A program made the translations under genes and the position numbers. Source: Mageeibacillus sp. UBA5747 (lineage in GTDB: Bacteria > Bacillota > Clostridia > Saccharofermentanales > UBA5734). From it: a stretch of 64,000 bases of DNA. The notes beneath the pieces are model-generated. The model searched no databases. It saw only the letters and a program-made list of their open reading frames with translations, and was not told the origin of the DNA. The stretch is taken from positions 12,584 to 76,583 of the forward strand of contig DIFN01000029.1 in assembly GCA_002419145.1 (NCBI GenBank), read 5' to 3'. Of the stretch, positions 53,872 to 62,546 are shown piece after piece (position 1 is the first letter of the stretch; every line of letters starts with the position of its first letter).

Positions 53872-54765
53872 ATGTCAGGATTGGATCCAAAACCGACCGC
53901 CCCCTCACCTGTTTCTTCGGGTCTGGCACGCGATGCTCGGCAACCCGGCATCGTCCTGGTCACCGGCGCCAGCTCAGGAATCGGATGGGAGACCACGCAC
54001 TTGCTGGCCCGGCAAAACTGGACTGTGTTTGCAGCATCGCGCACCATCCACCAAAAGCTGGCCCAAGTCCAGTTGGAGCCGGCACTCCGGCACAAAATCC
54101 ATCCGATCGAACTGGATATTCTCGACGAAAAGAGCTGTGAGGCAGCTGTATCCACGGTCCTGGGCCACCATGGCCAACTGGATGCGCTGGTTCATTGTGC
54201 CGGTAGTGGGCTGGCTGGCAGCATTGAGGAAATACCGCTGGCCGATGCCATCTGGCAATATGACAATCTGCTGTTCGGCACGATCCGCATGTTGCGGGCT
54301 GTCTTGCCCCGGATGAGACGCCAAGGTCATGGGAGAATCATACTGGTAAGCTCGGTTGCGGCCACGATCCCGGTTCCTTTCCAGACCTACTATAGCTCAG
54401 CCAAGGCGGCCATCCATGCCCTGGCGCTCGGACTGGCTGATGAGATGCGTCCGTTTGGACTCAAGGTCACGCTGGTCGCCCCAGGTGACACGCAAACGGG
54501 ATTCACCGCAGCGCGACGGGTCGCAGGATCACTGGAACATTCACCATATGCCGATCGGCTCAGCCGCTCAGTCAGCCGTATGGCCCGGGATGAACAAAAC
54601 GGCATGCATGCTCGCAGCATCGCCCAAGCCATCGTACGAGAAGTGTCACGCAAACATCCCAGACTCATGGTTACACCTGGTTTTAAAAATCTGGCCATGA
54701 CGGTGGCTAGCCGTCTGTTGCCCTTACCGGTCGTGCGCTGGGTGGTTCGCCTGCTCTACGGCTGA
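53872..54765 (+). CDS. classical short-chain dehydrogenase/reductase (SDR) with hydrophobic C-terminal tail
   Basis: 297 aa. Cofactor motif VTGASSGIG, catalytic YSSAK (YxxxK), C-terminal NLAMTVASRLLPLPVVRWVVRLLYG. Confidence 0.85.
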   Translation: MSGLDPKPTAPSPVSSGLARDARQPGIVLVTGASSGIGWETTHLLARQNWTVFAASRTIHQKLAQVQLEPALRHKIHPIELDILDEKSCEAAVSTVLGHHGQLDALVHCAGSGLAGSIEEIPLADAIWQYDNLLFGTIRMLRAVLPRMRRQGHGRIILVSSVAATIPVPFQTYYSSAKAAIHALALGLADEMRPFGLKVTLVAPGDTQTGFTAARRVAGSLEHSPYADRLSRSVSRMARDEQNGMHARSIAQAIVREVSRKHPRLMVTPGFKNLAMTVASRLLPLPVVRWVVRLLYG

Positions 54766-54897
54766 AGCAATTTAGGCCATATCTTTTGACAAATCTCGCC
54801 AGAATGGTATATCTTTCTCCGGTTGACCTGACAAATGTGCTATGATGGATTTTGTTTTTGATGTTCTTACTCAACCTTCACCGGAGGGCTTAATTCT

Positions 54898-56124
54898 ATG
54901 GATTTGTTTCAGAAGTGTTATGACTACAACCGCGCCAAATTGGCTATGTCTCTGGACATTTACCCTTATTTTCATTGCCTGACTTCTGGCCAGGATTCTG
55001 AAGTCATGATTGAGGGCAAACGGACCTTGATGTTCGGATCCAACAATTACCTCGGATTAACATCGGATCCCCGAGTTAAGGAAGCCGCCATCCGGGCGAT
55101 CGAAAAATACGGCACCGGTTGTTCGGGTTCGCGCTTTTTGAATGGCACCCTGGATATTCATCTTGAGCTTGAGGAAGCTCTGGCTACGTTTTTGCAGCAG
55201 GAATCTGCACTGGTTTTTTCGACGGGCTACCAGTCCAACCTGGCCATCATTTCTTCACTGGTCGGGCGCAATGACTACATTCTGTCGGACGCTCTGAATC
55301 ACGCCAGCATCATCGATGGCACGCGCCTTGCGACCGGCAAGACGCTCAAGTTCAAACATAACAACATGGAAGACCTGCAGCGGCTTTTGGAAAAATGCTC
55401 CGCTGAGGAAAAGGCCGGCATGCTGATCGTCACCGATGGGGTGTTCAGTATGGAGGGCGACATTTGCAACCTGCCGGAAATCGTCCGCCTGGCCCGCCAG
55501 TATGGCGCACGCATCTTGATCGATGATGCCCATTCGATCGGTGTTCTCGGCGAGCGTGGCCGCGGCACGGCGGAATATTTTGGCCTGGCCGATGAGGTCG
55601 ACCTGATCATGAACACGTTTTCCAAGACGCTGGCTTCATTGGGCGGCTGTGTTGCTGGCAAGGAATCGGTCATCCATTACATCAAGCACAATGCCCGACC
55701 GTTCATTTTCAGCGCCTCGATCCCGCCAGCCCAGATCGGGGCTGCTCGCGAAGCTCTGCGCATCCTCGAGCAAGAACCCGAACGGGTTCGCCGCCTGAAT
55801 GAAATCGCCGCCTACATGCGGCGCGGCTTATCAGCACTGCCCCATGTCCGGGTCTTTGACAGTGGCAATGACCTCGTACCGATCATTCCGGTCCTGACTG
55901 GTAGCATCGGACGCACGCTGTATACCGCACGCAATTTGCTGAAGGCTGGTGTCTACGTCAACCCGGTCTTACCACCGGCGATACCCAAGGAATCCTGCCT
56001 CCTGCGGACAAGTTATACGGCGACGCATACCAATGCCCAGCTCGATGAAGGCCTGGCGATTTTTGATGCCGTGACCACTGAGATGGCCGGCAACACGGAG
56101 GTCGATTTCGACATCGATTTCTGA
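54898..56124 (+). CDS. alpha-oxoamine synthase family PLP enzyme, serine palmitoyltransferase-like
   Basis: 408 aa. SNNYLGL, GTGCSGSRFLNGT, FSTGYQSNL, DDAHSIG, TFSKTLASLGG (PLP Lys), and YVNPVLPPAIPKESCLLRTSYTATHT. These blocks look closer to Sphingomonas SPT than to BioF or KBL as I remember them. Confidence 0.75.
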   Translation: MDLFQKCYDYNRAKLAMSLDIYPYFHCLTSGQDSEVMIEGKRTLMFGSNNYLGLTSDPRVKEAAIRAIEKYGTGCSGSRFLNGTLDIHLELEEALATFLQQESALVFSTGYQSNLAIISSLVGRNDYILSDALNHASIIDGTRLATGKTLKFKHNNMEDLQRLLEKCSAEEKAGMLIVTDGVFSMEGDICNLPEIVRLARQYGARILIDDAHSIGVLGERGRGTAEYFGLADEVDLIMNTFSKTLASLGGCVAGKESVIHYIKHNARPFIFSASIPPAQIGAAREALRILEQEPERVRRLNEIAAYMRRGLSALPHVRVFDSGNDLVPIIPVLTGSIGRTLYTARNLLKAGVYVNPVLPPAIPKESCLLRTSYTATHTNAQLDEGLAIFDAVTTEMAGNTEVDFDIDF

Positions 56125-56144
56125 TCGCACTTGATCGGGTTAGC

Positions 56145-56193
56145 AAAAAATCAGGCCCGGGACTGGGATAACCAGTTCCGGGCCTTTGATTTC
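56145..56193. terminator. bidirectional Rho-independent terminator
   Basis: A 14-bp stem (AGGCCCGGGACTGG / CCAGTTCCGGGCCT with one G-U pair) and loop GATAA, flanked by A6 and TTTGATTT. It lies between convergent genes. Confidence 0.8.
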
Positions 56194-56213
56194 GAGTGAA
56201 TCATCCGGTCGAT

Positions 56214-57455
56214 TTACTCGAAATGACCCGGATCATGCAGCTCGCGATCCGGATGATTTTCGATCTCGAAATTTTTATTCTCCCAGTTGCGGAAGACAGC
56301 CTTTTCCTTGCCGATGTAGAGCAGGTAATTGGGCAGAATCGGCGTCTTGCCGAGGCCTCCTGGTCCGTTGACGATGTAGGTCGGAATGGCCATACCGGAG
56401 GTGTAGCCGCGCAGGTTCTCCATGATCTCGAGCCCTTCTTCGATCCGGACCCAGAAATGGGAGGTTCCCTGGACCGTCTTGGGATGGAAAATGTAATACG
56501 GTTTGACGCGCAAGGTCAACAGCAGCTGATTAAGACGTCGGACAATGAATTTATTGTTATTGACGCCATTTAGCAGCACCATCTGGTTGCCGAGCGGGAT
56601 GCCGGCATCGGCCAGTCGACTGCAGGCAGTCCTGGCTTCGGCGGTGATTTCGGCTGGAGAATTGAAATGGGTGTTGATATAGAGCGGATGGTAGCGCTTG
56701 AGCATCTCGACCAGCTGTGGCGTGATCCGCTGCGGCAAGGTGACCGGGGTGCGCGTGCCCAGCCGGATAATCTCAACATGGGGGATTGAGCGTAAGTCCT
56801 GCAGCAGGCGCTCGAGAGCCTGGTCAGACAACATCAAGGCGTCGCCGCCGGTGATCAGGACGTCGCGCACCTCCGGCTGCTCGCGCACATACTGGACCGC
56901 AGTACGCAGGGTGGCTTCGTCGACGGCCAGGTCGGTCTCGCCAATCAGGCGGCGGCGCTGGCAGAAACGGCAATACATGCCACACTGGTTGGTGACCTTG
57001 ATGATCAGGCGGTCCGGATAACGCCGGGTGACCGATGGGACGGGGCTGGAATGTTCCTCATCCATGGGGTCGAGCACGCCCTCCGGGTTGAGTTCATCGA
57101 TCGACGGCACAGACTGGCGGCGAATCGGGCAATCCGGGTCGGCCGGGTCGATCAGGGACAAGTAGTAGGGTGAGATGGCGAAGCGGTAACGCTGGCTGAC
57201 CTGAGCCAGCTGATCCAAGGTCCTGGGATCGAGGGGCAGGAGCTCTGCCAGGGCTGCAACTGAAGTGACACGATGGGAAAGTTGCCAGCGATAATCAGAC
57301 CATTGCTCAGCCGTAGCGCCGAGCTTTTCCCGGATGGTTTGCTGGCGCTGCTCGATGGCAGTCTGGTCAGACAGGCCGGTGCGGATCTGGGGCAAGACAT
57401 GCAGGTAGTCTGCGATCGTTTCATGCAGATGTTGGTTGCGCGGTGTTTGATCCAT
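56214..57455 (-). CDS. KamA-family radical-SAM 2,3-aminomutase (residue signature favours glutamate 2,3-aminomutase)
   Basis: 413 aa. Radical-SAM motif CGMYCRFCQRRR. It is collinear with C. subterminale lysine 2,3-aminomutase, but Lys and Asn (FHPKTVQG, YIVNGPGG) replace the two Asp residues that bind the lysine epsilon-amino group. Confidence 0.8.
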   Translation of the reverse strand: MDQTPRNQHLHETIADYLHVLPQIRTGLSDQTAIEQRQQTIREKLGATAEQWSDYRWQLSHRVTSVAALAELLPLDPRTLDQLAQVSQRYRFAISPYYLSLIDPADPDCPIRRQSVPSIDELNPEGVLDPMDEEHSSPVPSVTRRYPDRLIIKVTNQCGMYCRFCQRRRLIGETDLAVDEATLRTAVQYVREQPEVRDVLITGGDALMLSDQALERLLQDLRSIPHVEIIRLGTRTPVTLPQRITPQLVEMLKRYHPLYINTHFNSPAEITAEARTACSRLADAGIPLGNQMVLLNGVNNNKFIVRRLNQLLLTLRVKPYYIFHPKTVQGTSHFWVRIEEGLEIMENLRGYTSGMAIPTYIVNGPGGLGKTPILPNYLLYIGKEKAVFRNWENKNFEIENHPDRELHDPGHFE

Positions 57456-57618
57456 CTGGAAGTCCTCCTGAAGCTAGCTTAGCAAAACCGGATCAAGGAT
57501 AAATCGACGTTTTGTTAATAAACGTTATCATCCCGCATGCATCTGAAAACTTTTTATGAATACGAGGTTGTCAGGATTAAAGCAAAGCAGCCCGTCAGCG
57601 GTCTTATGGCCTGGCTGT

Positions 57619-59250
57619 CTACTGGTGGTTCTGAACGATGGTGGAGGTAGCCTGGGTGAGCTGGTCCTTGAGGGCGGCCAGCATCTGGTAGCGGACGCTG
57701 GGCGAGACCTGACAGATTTCGGCCTTGGTTTTTTCGATCATGGCCTCAAAATCCAGCCGGATGGCGTCGAGCATTTCGACTGCCTCGGTAATCTCAACAG
57801 CCGGCAGAAATGGTGCCACAACCGTTGCGCGCTGGACCGGCACACCCAGTTCAATCGTTTCATTGTATTGGGCTGCGACGGCCTTAAGGCCGAGCTGATG
57901 GAAGATGGTTTTCTGAAAACTGGCAATGACTGCCGGTTCGCCGTGGACCAGCATGATTTTCTTCGGTTTCTGCTGCATGGCAGCGACCCATTCCAGCAGG
58001 CCATCCCGGTCGGCATGGCCGGAGAAGCCTTCGATCATCTCAACCCGAGCTTTGACAGCGATTTCCTCACCGAAAATGCGGACGGTTTTCGCTCCATCAA
58101 CCAGGGCACGTCCGAGGGTGCCTCGAGCCTGGTAACCGACGAAAATGACGGTGGAGTCTTGGCGCCAGAGGTTGTGTTTGAGATGGTGGCGGATCCGGCC
58201 TGCTTCGCACATGCCGCTGGCTGAGATGATAATTTTGCTGTTTGGGTCTTCATTGAGCAGGCGCGATTCATCAGCCGTCTTGGTGAAATGCAAATTGTCA
58301 AAGTCGAGCGGATTATCACCATTTTCGATGTAGGCCCGGGCTTCGGCATCAAAACAATCGATGTTCCGGCGGAAGACTTCCGTAGCGGAAATCGCCAGCG
58401 GACTGTCAATATAGACAGGGGTATCATGGAGCAGGCGGCGTTGGCGCTCAAATTTCTCGTATTCTTTGTTCAGGGCGTAGATCAGTTCCTGGGTCCGGCC
58501 AACGGCAAAGGATGGGATGATCACATTGCCGCCGCGCTGTAAGGTCTCCTCAATGGCATGGACAAAGCGGTCAACTTTTTGGCTGGGTTTGTCATGCAGC
58601 CGGTCGCCATAGGTCGATTCGAGGATCAGGTAATCCGCGCTGTCAATAACAGTCGGGTCGCGCAGGATCGGGATATTCTTGTTGCCCAGATCACCGGAAA
58701 AGACCAGTTTGGTTTCGCTGCCATCTTCCCTGACCCAGATCTCCAGGATAGCGGATCCCAGAATATGACCGGCATCGCGGAAGCGGACCCGCACGTCCTC
58801 AGCTGGGCGGAATTCCTGGTCGTAGCGGATCGGCTGGAACAGCTGCTGGGTGTCAATGGCATCCTGCATGGAGTACAGGGGCTCTTCGACCGGGCGGCCG
58901 GAACGGGCGTTCTTGCGTTGCCGCCAATTGTATTCTGTTTCCTGGATATGGCCTGAATCCGGCAGCATGATCGCACAGAGGTCGACGGTTGCCTTCGTGG
59001 CGTAGATGGGTTTGCGGAAACCCTCGGCATAGAGCTTGGGCAAGCGGCCACTGTGATCGATATGGGCGTGGGACAGGAGCAGGAAATCGATCTTGTCAAT
59101 CCGGAACGGAAAGGGCTGGTAGTTGAGACGCTCTTCATGAGGCTGGCCTTGATGCAGGCCACAGTCGATTAAAAAAGACGTGTTTTCGGTCTCAACCAGA
59201 TAACAGGTACCGGTCACAGTCTGGGCCGCGCCCAAAAAGGTCACTTTCAT
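57619..59250 (-). CDS. MBL-fold beta-CASP family nuclease (RNA-metabolising metallo-beta-lactamase)
   Basis: 543 aa. LLLSHAHIDHSG is the HxHxDH motif. It has a beta-CASP layout plus a ~90-aa C-terminal extension. Confidence 0.8.
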   Translation of the reverse strand: MKVTFLGAAQTVTGTCYLVETENTSFLIDCGLHQGQPHEERLNYQPFPFRIDKIDFLLLSHAHIDHSGRLPKLYAEGFRKPIYATKATVDLCAIMLPDSGHIQETEYNWRQRKNARSGRPVEEPLYSMQDAIDTQQLFQPIRYDQEFRPAEDVRVRFRDAGHILGSAILEIWVREDGSETKLVFSGDLGNKNIPILRDPTVIDSADYLILESTYGDRLHDKPSQKVDRFVHAIEETLQRGGNVIIPSFAVGRTQELIYALNKEYEKFERQRRLLHDTPVYIDSPLAISATEVFRRNIDCFDAEARAYIENGDNPLDFDNLHFTKTADESRLLNEDPNSKIIISASGMCEAGRIRHHLKHNLWRQDSTVIFVGYQARGTLGRALVDGAKTVRIFGEEIAVKARVEMIEGFSGHADRDGLLEWVAAMQQKPKKIMLVHGEPAVIASFQKTIFHQLGLKAVAAQYNETIELGVPVQRATVVAPFLPAVEITEAVEMLDAIRLDFEAMIEKTKAEICQVSPSVRYQMLAALKDQLTQATSTIVQNHQ

Positions 59251-59263
59251 AGGGGTCCCCTTT

Positions 59264-60460
59264 CTAAATCACTTGGAGCCAGATGCTTTTGAGGTAATGG
59301 GATTCCGGATAACCGCCCAGGACTGGGTGATCGAAATCCTGGCGCCGGATATCGAGAATGCGGACCGTGCGGTGGACATCACGGGCCGCACTGAGGACTG
59401 TCTCCAGGAACAAGGCCTCCGGCATGTGGAACGAACAAGAGTGAGTCGCCAGAACCCCGCCTGATTCCAGCATCTTCAGAGCGCTCAGGTTGATCTCCTT
59501 GTAGCCGCGGACAGCTCCGGCCTGGGCACTGTGGCTTTTGGCGAAAGCAGGTGGATCCAGGACAATCACATCGTAGCGAGCTTTAGCCCGGGCTTGCTCG
59601 CGCAGGAAGTCGAAGGCGTTAGACACGACGGGTGTCAGGCGGTCTGAAAAACCGTTTTGCCGGGCATTGGCGCGGGTCAGATCCATGGCCGCGTCGGACA
59701 CGTCGACGGCGGTCACATCTGAGGCACCTCCGGCGAGGGCATTCAAGGCGAAGCCTCCGATATAAGTAAAGCAGTCCAGGACTTTCTTGCCCTGGACGAA
59801 CGGTCGCAGGTAGGCGTGATTGGCTTTCTGGTCAAGAAAATAGCCAGTTTTCTGGCCGCTGGCCAGATCCATGGTCAGCTTCAGACCATTCTCCAGAATG
59901 GTTTCCTGATCCTGATCCGTTCCGGCAAAGATCTTGCGGTACAGCGGCAGGCCTTCTTTGCTTCGGATGGCTTCCTCATGCTGTAAAATCAAGCGCTCAG
60001 GTTTGATCTCTGCGAGCAACGTCTCGCAGATGGCATCGAGAAACTGCTCCATACCGAGAGATAAGATCTGGACGACCAGCGTGTGGGCAAACAGATCGAC
60101 GATCAAGCCCGGCAGGCGGTCCGCTTCACCAAACACCAGACGATAGCTGTCAGTATCCAGGCGCCAGAACTGGCGGCGAAAGGCGATGGCCGCCCTGATC
60201 CGGCTTTCGATCAGGCTGGCCGAGATGGTTTCATGGCTCTGGGTCAGGATCCGGACTGTGATCATGGAATGAGGGTTGTAGAGGCCAGCACCGAGATAGC
60301 GGCCGCGAAAATCAAGCACGGTCACTGCGTCACCCGGTGAGGGGTCGCCGGTGATTATTTCGATCTGGGTGCGATAAACCCAGGGGTGCCCCTGGGCAAC
60401 GGCCTTGTGCATACCGTTTTTCAAGACCAGGCTGGCCTTCGTGTCAGGTGGCATGATCAA
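59264..60460 (-). CDS. rlmI: class I SAM-dependent 23S rRNA m5C methyltransferase (RlmI/YwbD-like, PUA + MTase)
   Basis: 398 aa. N-terminal GHPWVYRTQI is PUA-like. The SAM fold reads VLDCFTYIGGFAL and DVIVLDPPAF. Confidence 0.8.
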   Translation of the reverse strand: MIMPPDTKASLVLKNGMHKAVAQGHPWVYRTQIEIITGDPSPGDAVTVLDFRGRYLGAGLYNPHSMITVRILTQSHETISASLIESRIRAAIAFRRQFWRLDTDSYRLVFGEADRLPGLIVDLFAHTLVVQILSLGMEQFLDAICETLLAEIKPERLILQHEEAIRSKEGLPLYRKIFAGTDQDQETILENGLKLTMDLASGQKTGYFLDQKANHAYLRPFVQGKKVLDCFTYIGGFALNALAGGASDVTAVDVSDAAMDLTRANARQNGFSDRLTPVVSNAFDFLREQARAKARYDVIVLDPPAFAKSHSAQAGAVRGYKEINLSALKMLESGGVLATHSCSFHMPEALFLETVLSAARDVHRTVRILDIRRQDFDHPVLGGYPESHYLKSIWLQVI

Positions 60461-61245
60461 TGCTCCTTGGATAAAGTCGCAGCCAGTTGCCGGCGCAAGC
60501 GCCGGAAATAGTGGCGCAGATGCCAGGGCAGCAAGGTCTGGTCAATCGGATAATACAGGCGGTGGTTCGTACAGTCGAACAGCAGGGCACCCAGCGTCCC
60601 CTCTTCCGTCCGGCCGAGGAAGTTGACAACTCCGGCTGCAGCAGATGCGGCCTCGAGCACTTGTGGCTCGTGTGTCAGAAACAGCAGGAGGCTACGATCA
60701 CCTGGCTGGACTACCTGGGCTGCAAGATAACGCTGGGTATCCCGGATGGTAAAATCGACGATGAAGACATTAAGCGGGGACTTTTCCAGCAGGAAAATCC
60801 GTTCATGGCGCGGGTGGCTCAGCAGAGGGATGCGCGGCGGATGGGACCGGATCAGGACGGTGCCCAGAACTGGATGATGAGCTTCGACAGAAAATCCTGC
60901 CGAGCGCAGATACTCCAGGAGAGCAGCTCCAGTCTGCTCGGGTTCGAGGCTTGGTGCCGGGATATTGAAACGAGTCATCCGGGCCAGACGTTTGACGCTT
61001 TCTGGATTGCCCGGGTCAAAGCGCTCGAGGGTATAGGTGGACAGGATATGGCGCAAAGTTACATAGGTAAAAAGGGCGAAAACCAGAAGACTGGCCAGGA
61101 AAACATAAAGCAACCAGCGGAAGGAGGGCTGGCTTATAAGTGGCATCAGTTGCAAGCTCAGCCAGACCAAGGCCAGGCTCGACAGGAAGAGCATTCCAGC
61201 CGGGATGATCACATCACGCTTGAACCAGTGGTGCCATCCCGGCAT
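60457..61245 (-). CDS. membrane-anchored hypothetical protein (2 TM + ~170-aa cytoplasmic domain)
   Basis: 262 aa. Its start overlaps the htrA stop (TGATG) and its stop overlaps the rlmI start by 4 nt. No family recognised. Confidence 0.6.
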   Translation of the reverse strand: MPGWHHWFKRDVIIPAGMLFLSSLALVWLSLQLMPLISQPSFRWLLYVFLASLLVFALFTYVTLRHILSTYTLERFDPGNPESVKRLARMTRFNIPAPSLEPEQTGAALLEYLRSAGFSVEAHHPVLGTVLIRSHPPRIPLLSHPRHERIFLLEKSPLNVFIVDFTIRDTQRYLAAQVVQPGDRSLLLFLTHEPQVLEAASAAAGVVNFLGRTEEGTLGALLFDCTNHRLYYPIDQTLLPWHLRHYFRRLRRQLAATLSKEH

Positions 61246-62534
61246 CAGGGGACGGCCTCGCCGAGGGTGAGGGACAGGGTCTGCTCGCGACCGTCCCGGA
61301 TGATGGTCAGGTCGATGGCATCGCCAGGGGCAAACTGGTTCTTGACCTCATTGATCGCAGCAGTTGTCAGGGCTTCCTGACCATTGATGGCCACGATCAC
61401 ATCTCCTTGCCGCAGGCCTGCCTCTTCAGCTGGACTGCCGGGCTCCACTTGAGTGATATAGACACCAACCGGCAGGTCATAGTCCCTGGCCATGCGCTCA
61501 TCGATGTCCTGGGTGTAAAGGCCAATCCGGGGTTTGCCTGGCACAGACCCGCTGCGGATGATGGTCTCGATGATCGGCTTGGCAGGATCAATCGGAATGG
61601 CAAAACCCAGACCTTCGATGCCGGTACCAGCATTTTTGGCCGTGTTGATGCCAATCACTTCGCCAAAGGAGTTGAACAAGGCACCGCCTGAATTGCCGGC
61701 ATTGATGGCGGCATCGGTCTGGAGCAGGTACAACGTCTGGCCGTCGATTGTCACCGCCCGGTCCAGGGCGCTGATGATGCCAGCAGTGACGGTACCGCTC
61801 AGCTCGCCCAGGGGATTGCCAATAGCTACAGCCAGTTCGCCAACTTCCAGTTCGCTGGACTGGCCGAGGCGGACCGTGGGCAGATCCTGGCCGGCAATTT
61901 TGAGCACAGCAAGGTCGTTGGCAGTATCAGATCCGACCCAGTCAGCATCATAGGCATCGCCGTTGTCAAGGACCACGGATATGGTCCTGGCTCCGGCAAC
62001 CACATGGTGGTTGGTGATGATGTACCCATCACGGGTCAGGATGAAGCCGGAACCTGCGGCTGGGACCAGGCCGCTGTCGCCAAAGGGCGATGAAACCAGG
62101 GTTTCGGTATTGATCGCGACCACGGCTGGCTTGCCCAGCCGGGCAATCTCGACGATCGAGAGGGTTTGTTCACGCTCAGCCTGGCCAGCGGTGACATCGT
62201 CGATCGAGAAAGCCGGATTCGTTTCTCCCGGTGCCGGCGCTTCAGCAGGCAGCTGACCTGGTTCGGTGCCAGACGGCAGGGGCTGGAGCGTCGGCAAGGC
62301 AAACCGGCCTTCCAGGAACGGTCCCTTGAGTGCGGTGAAGACAATCGTGCCCGTCAGGACAGAAAACAGGATGGCCGCCACCAGAAACACAGCAACCAGA
62401 ACAATCGTCCGGCCTTTGCCTTTGCGGGGCGGTCTGGATCCGCCGCCAGGATCAGTGCCATAGGAGCCATGAGGGTAAAAATAATTCGGGTTTTGACCAG
62501 GCTGGAAGTCCCGGGTCCAAGGATTGTTCGGCAT
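61245..62534 (-). CDS. HtrA/DegP-family S1C serine protease with PDZ domain
   Basis: 429 aa with an N-terminal TM anchor. Catalytic blocks TNHHVV, DLAVLK and GNSGGALFN. The C-terminal PDZ reads GVYITQVEPGSPAEEAGLRQGDVIVAINGQ. Confidence 0.9.
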   Translation of the reverse strand: MPNNPWTRDFQPGQNPNYFYPHGSYGTDPGGGSRPPRKGKGRTIVLVAVFLVAAILFSVLTGTIVFTALKGPFLEGRFALPTLQPLPSGTEPGQLPAEAPAPGETNPAFSIDDVTAGQAEREQTLSIVEIARLGKPAVVAINTETLVSSPFGDSGLVPAAGSGFILTRDGYIITNHHVVAGARTISVVLDNGDAYDADWVGSDTANDLAVLKIAGQDLPTVRLGQSSELEVGELAVAIGNPLGELSGTVTAGIISALDRAVTIDGQTLYLLQTDAAINAGNSGGALFNSFGEVIGINTAKNAGTGIEGLGFAIPIDPAKPIIETIIRSGSVPGKPRIGLYTQDIDERMARDYDLPVGVYITQVEPGSPAEEAGLRQGDVIVAINGQEALTTAAINEVKNQFAPGDAIDLTIIRDGREQTLSLTLGEAVP

Positions 62535-62546
62535 ATAGTCCTCTTT

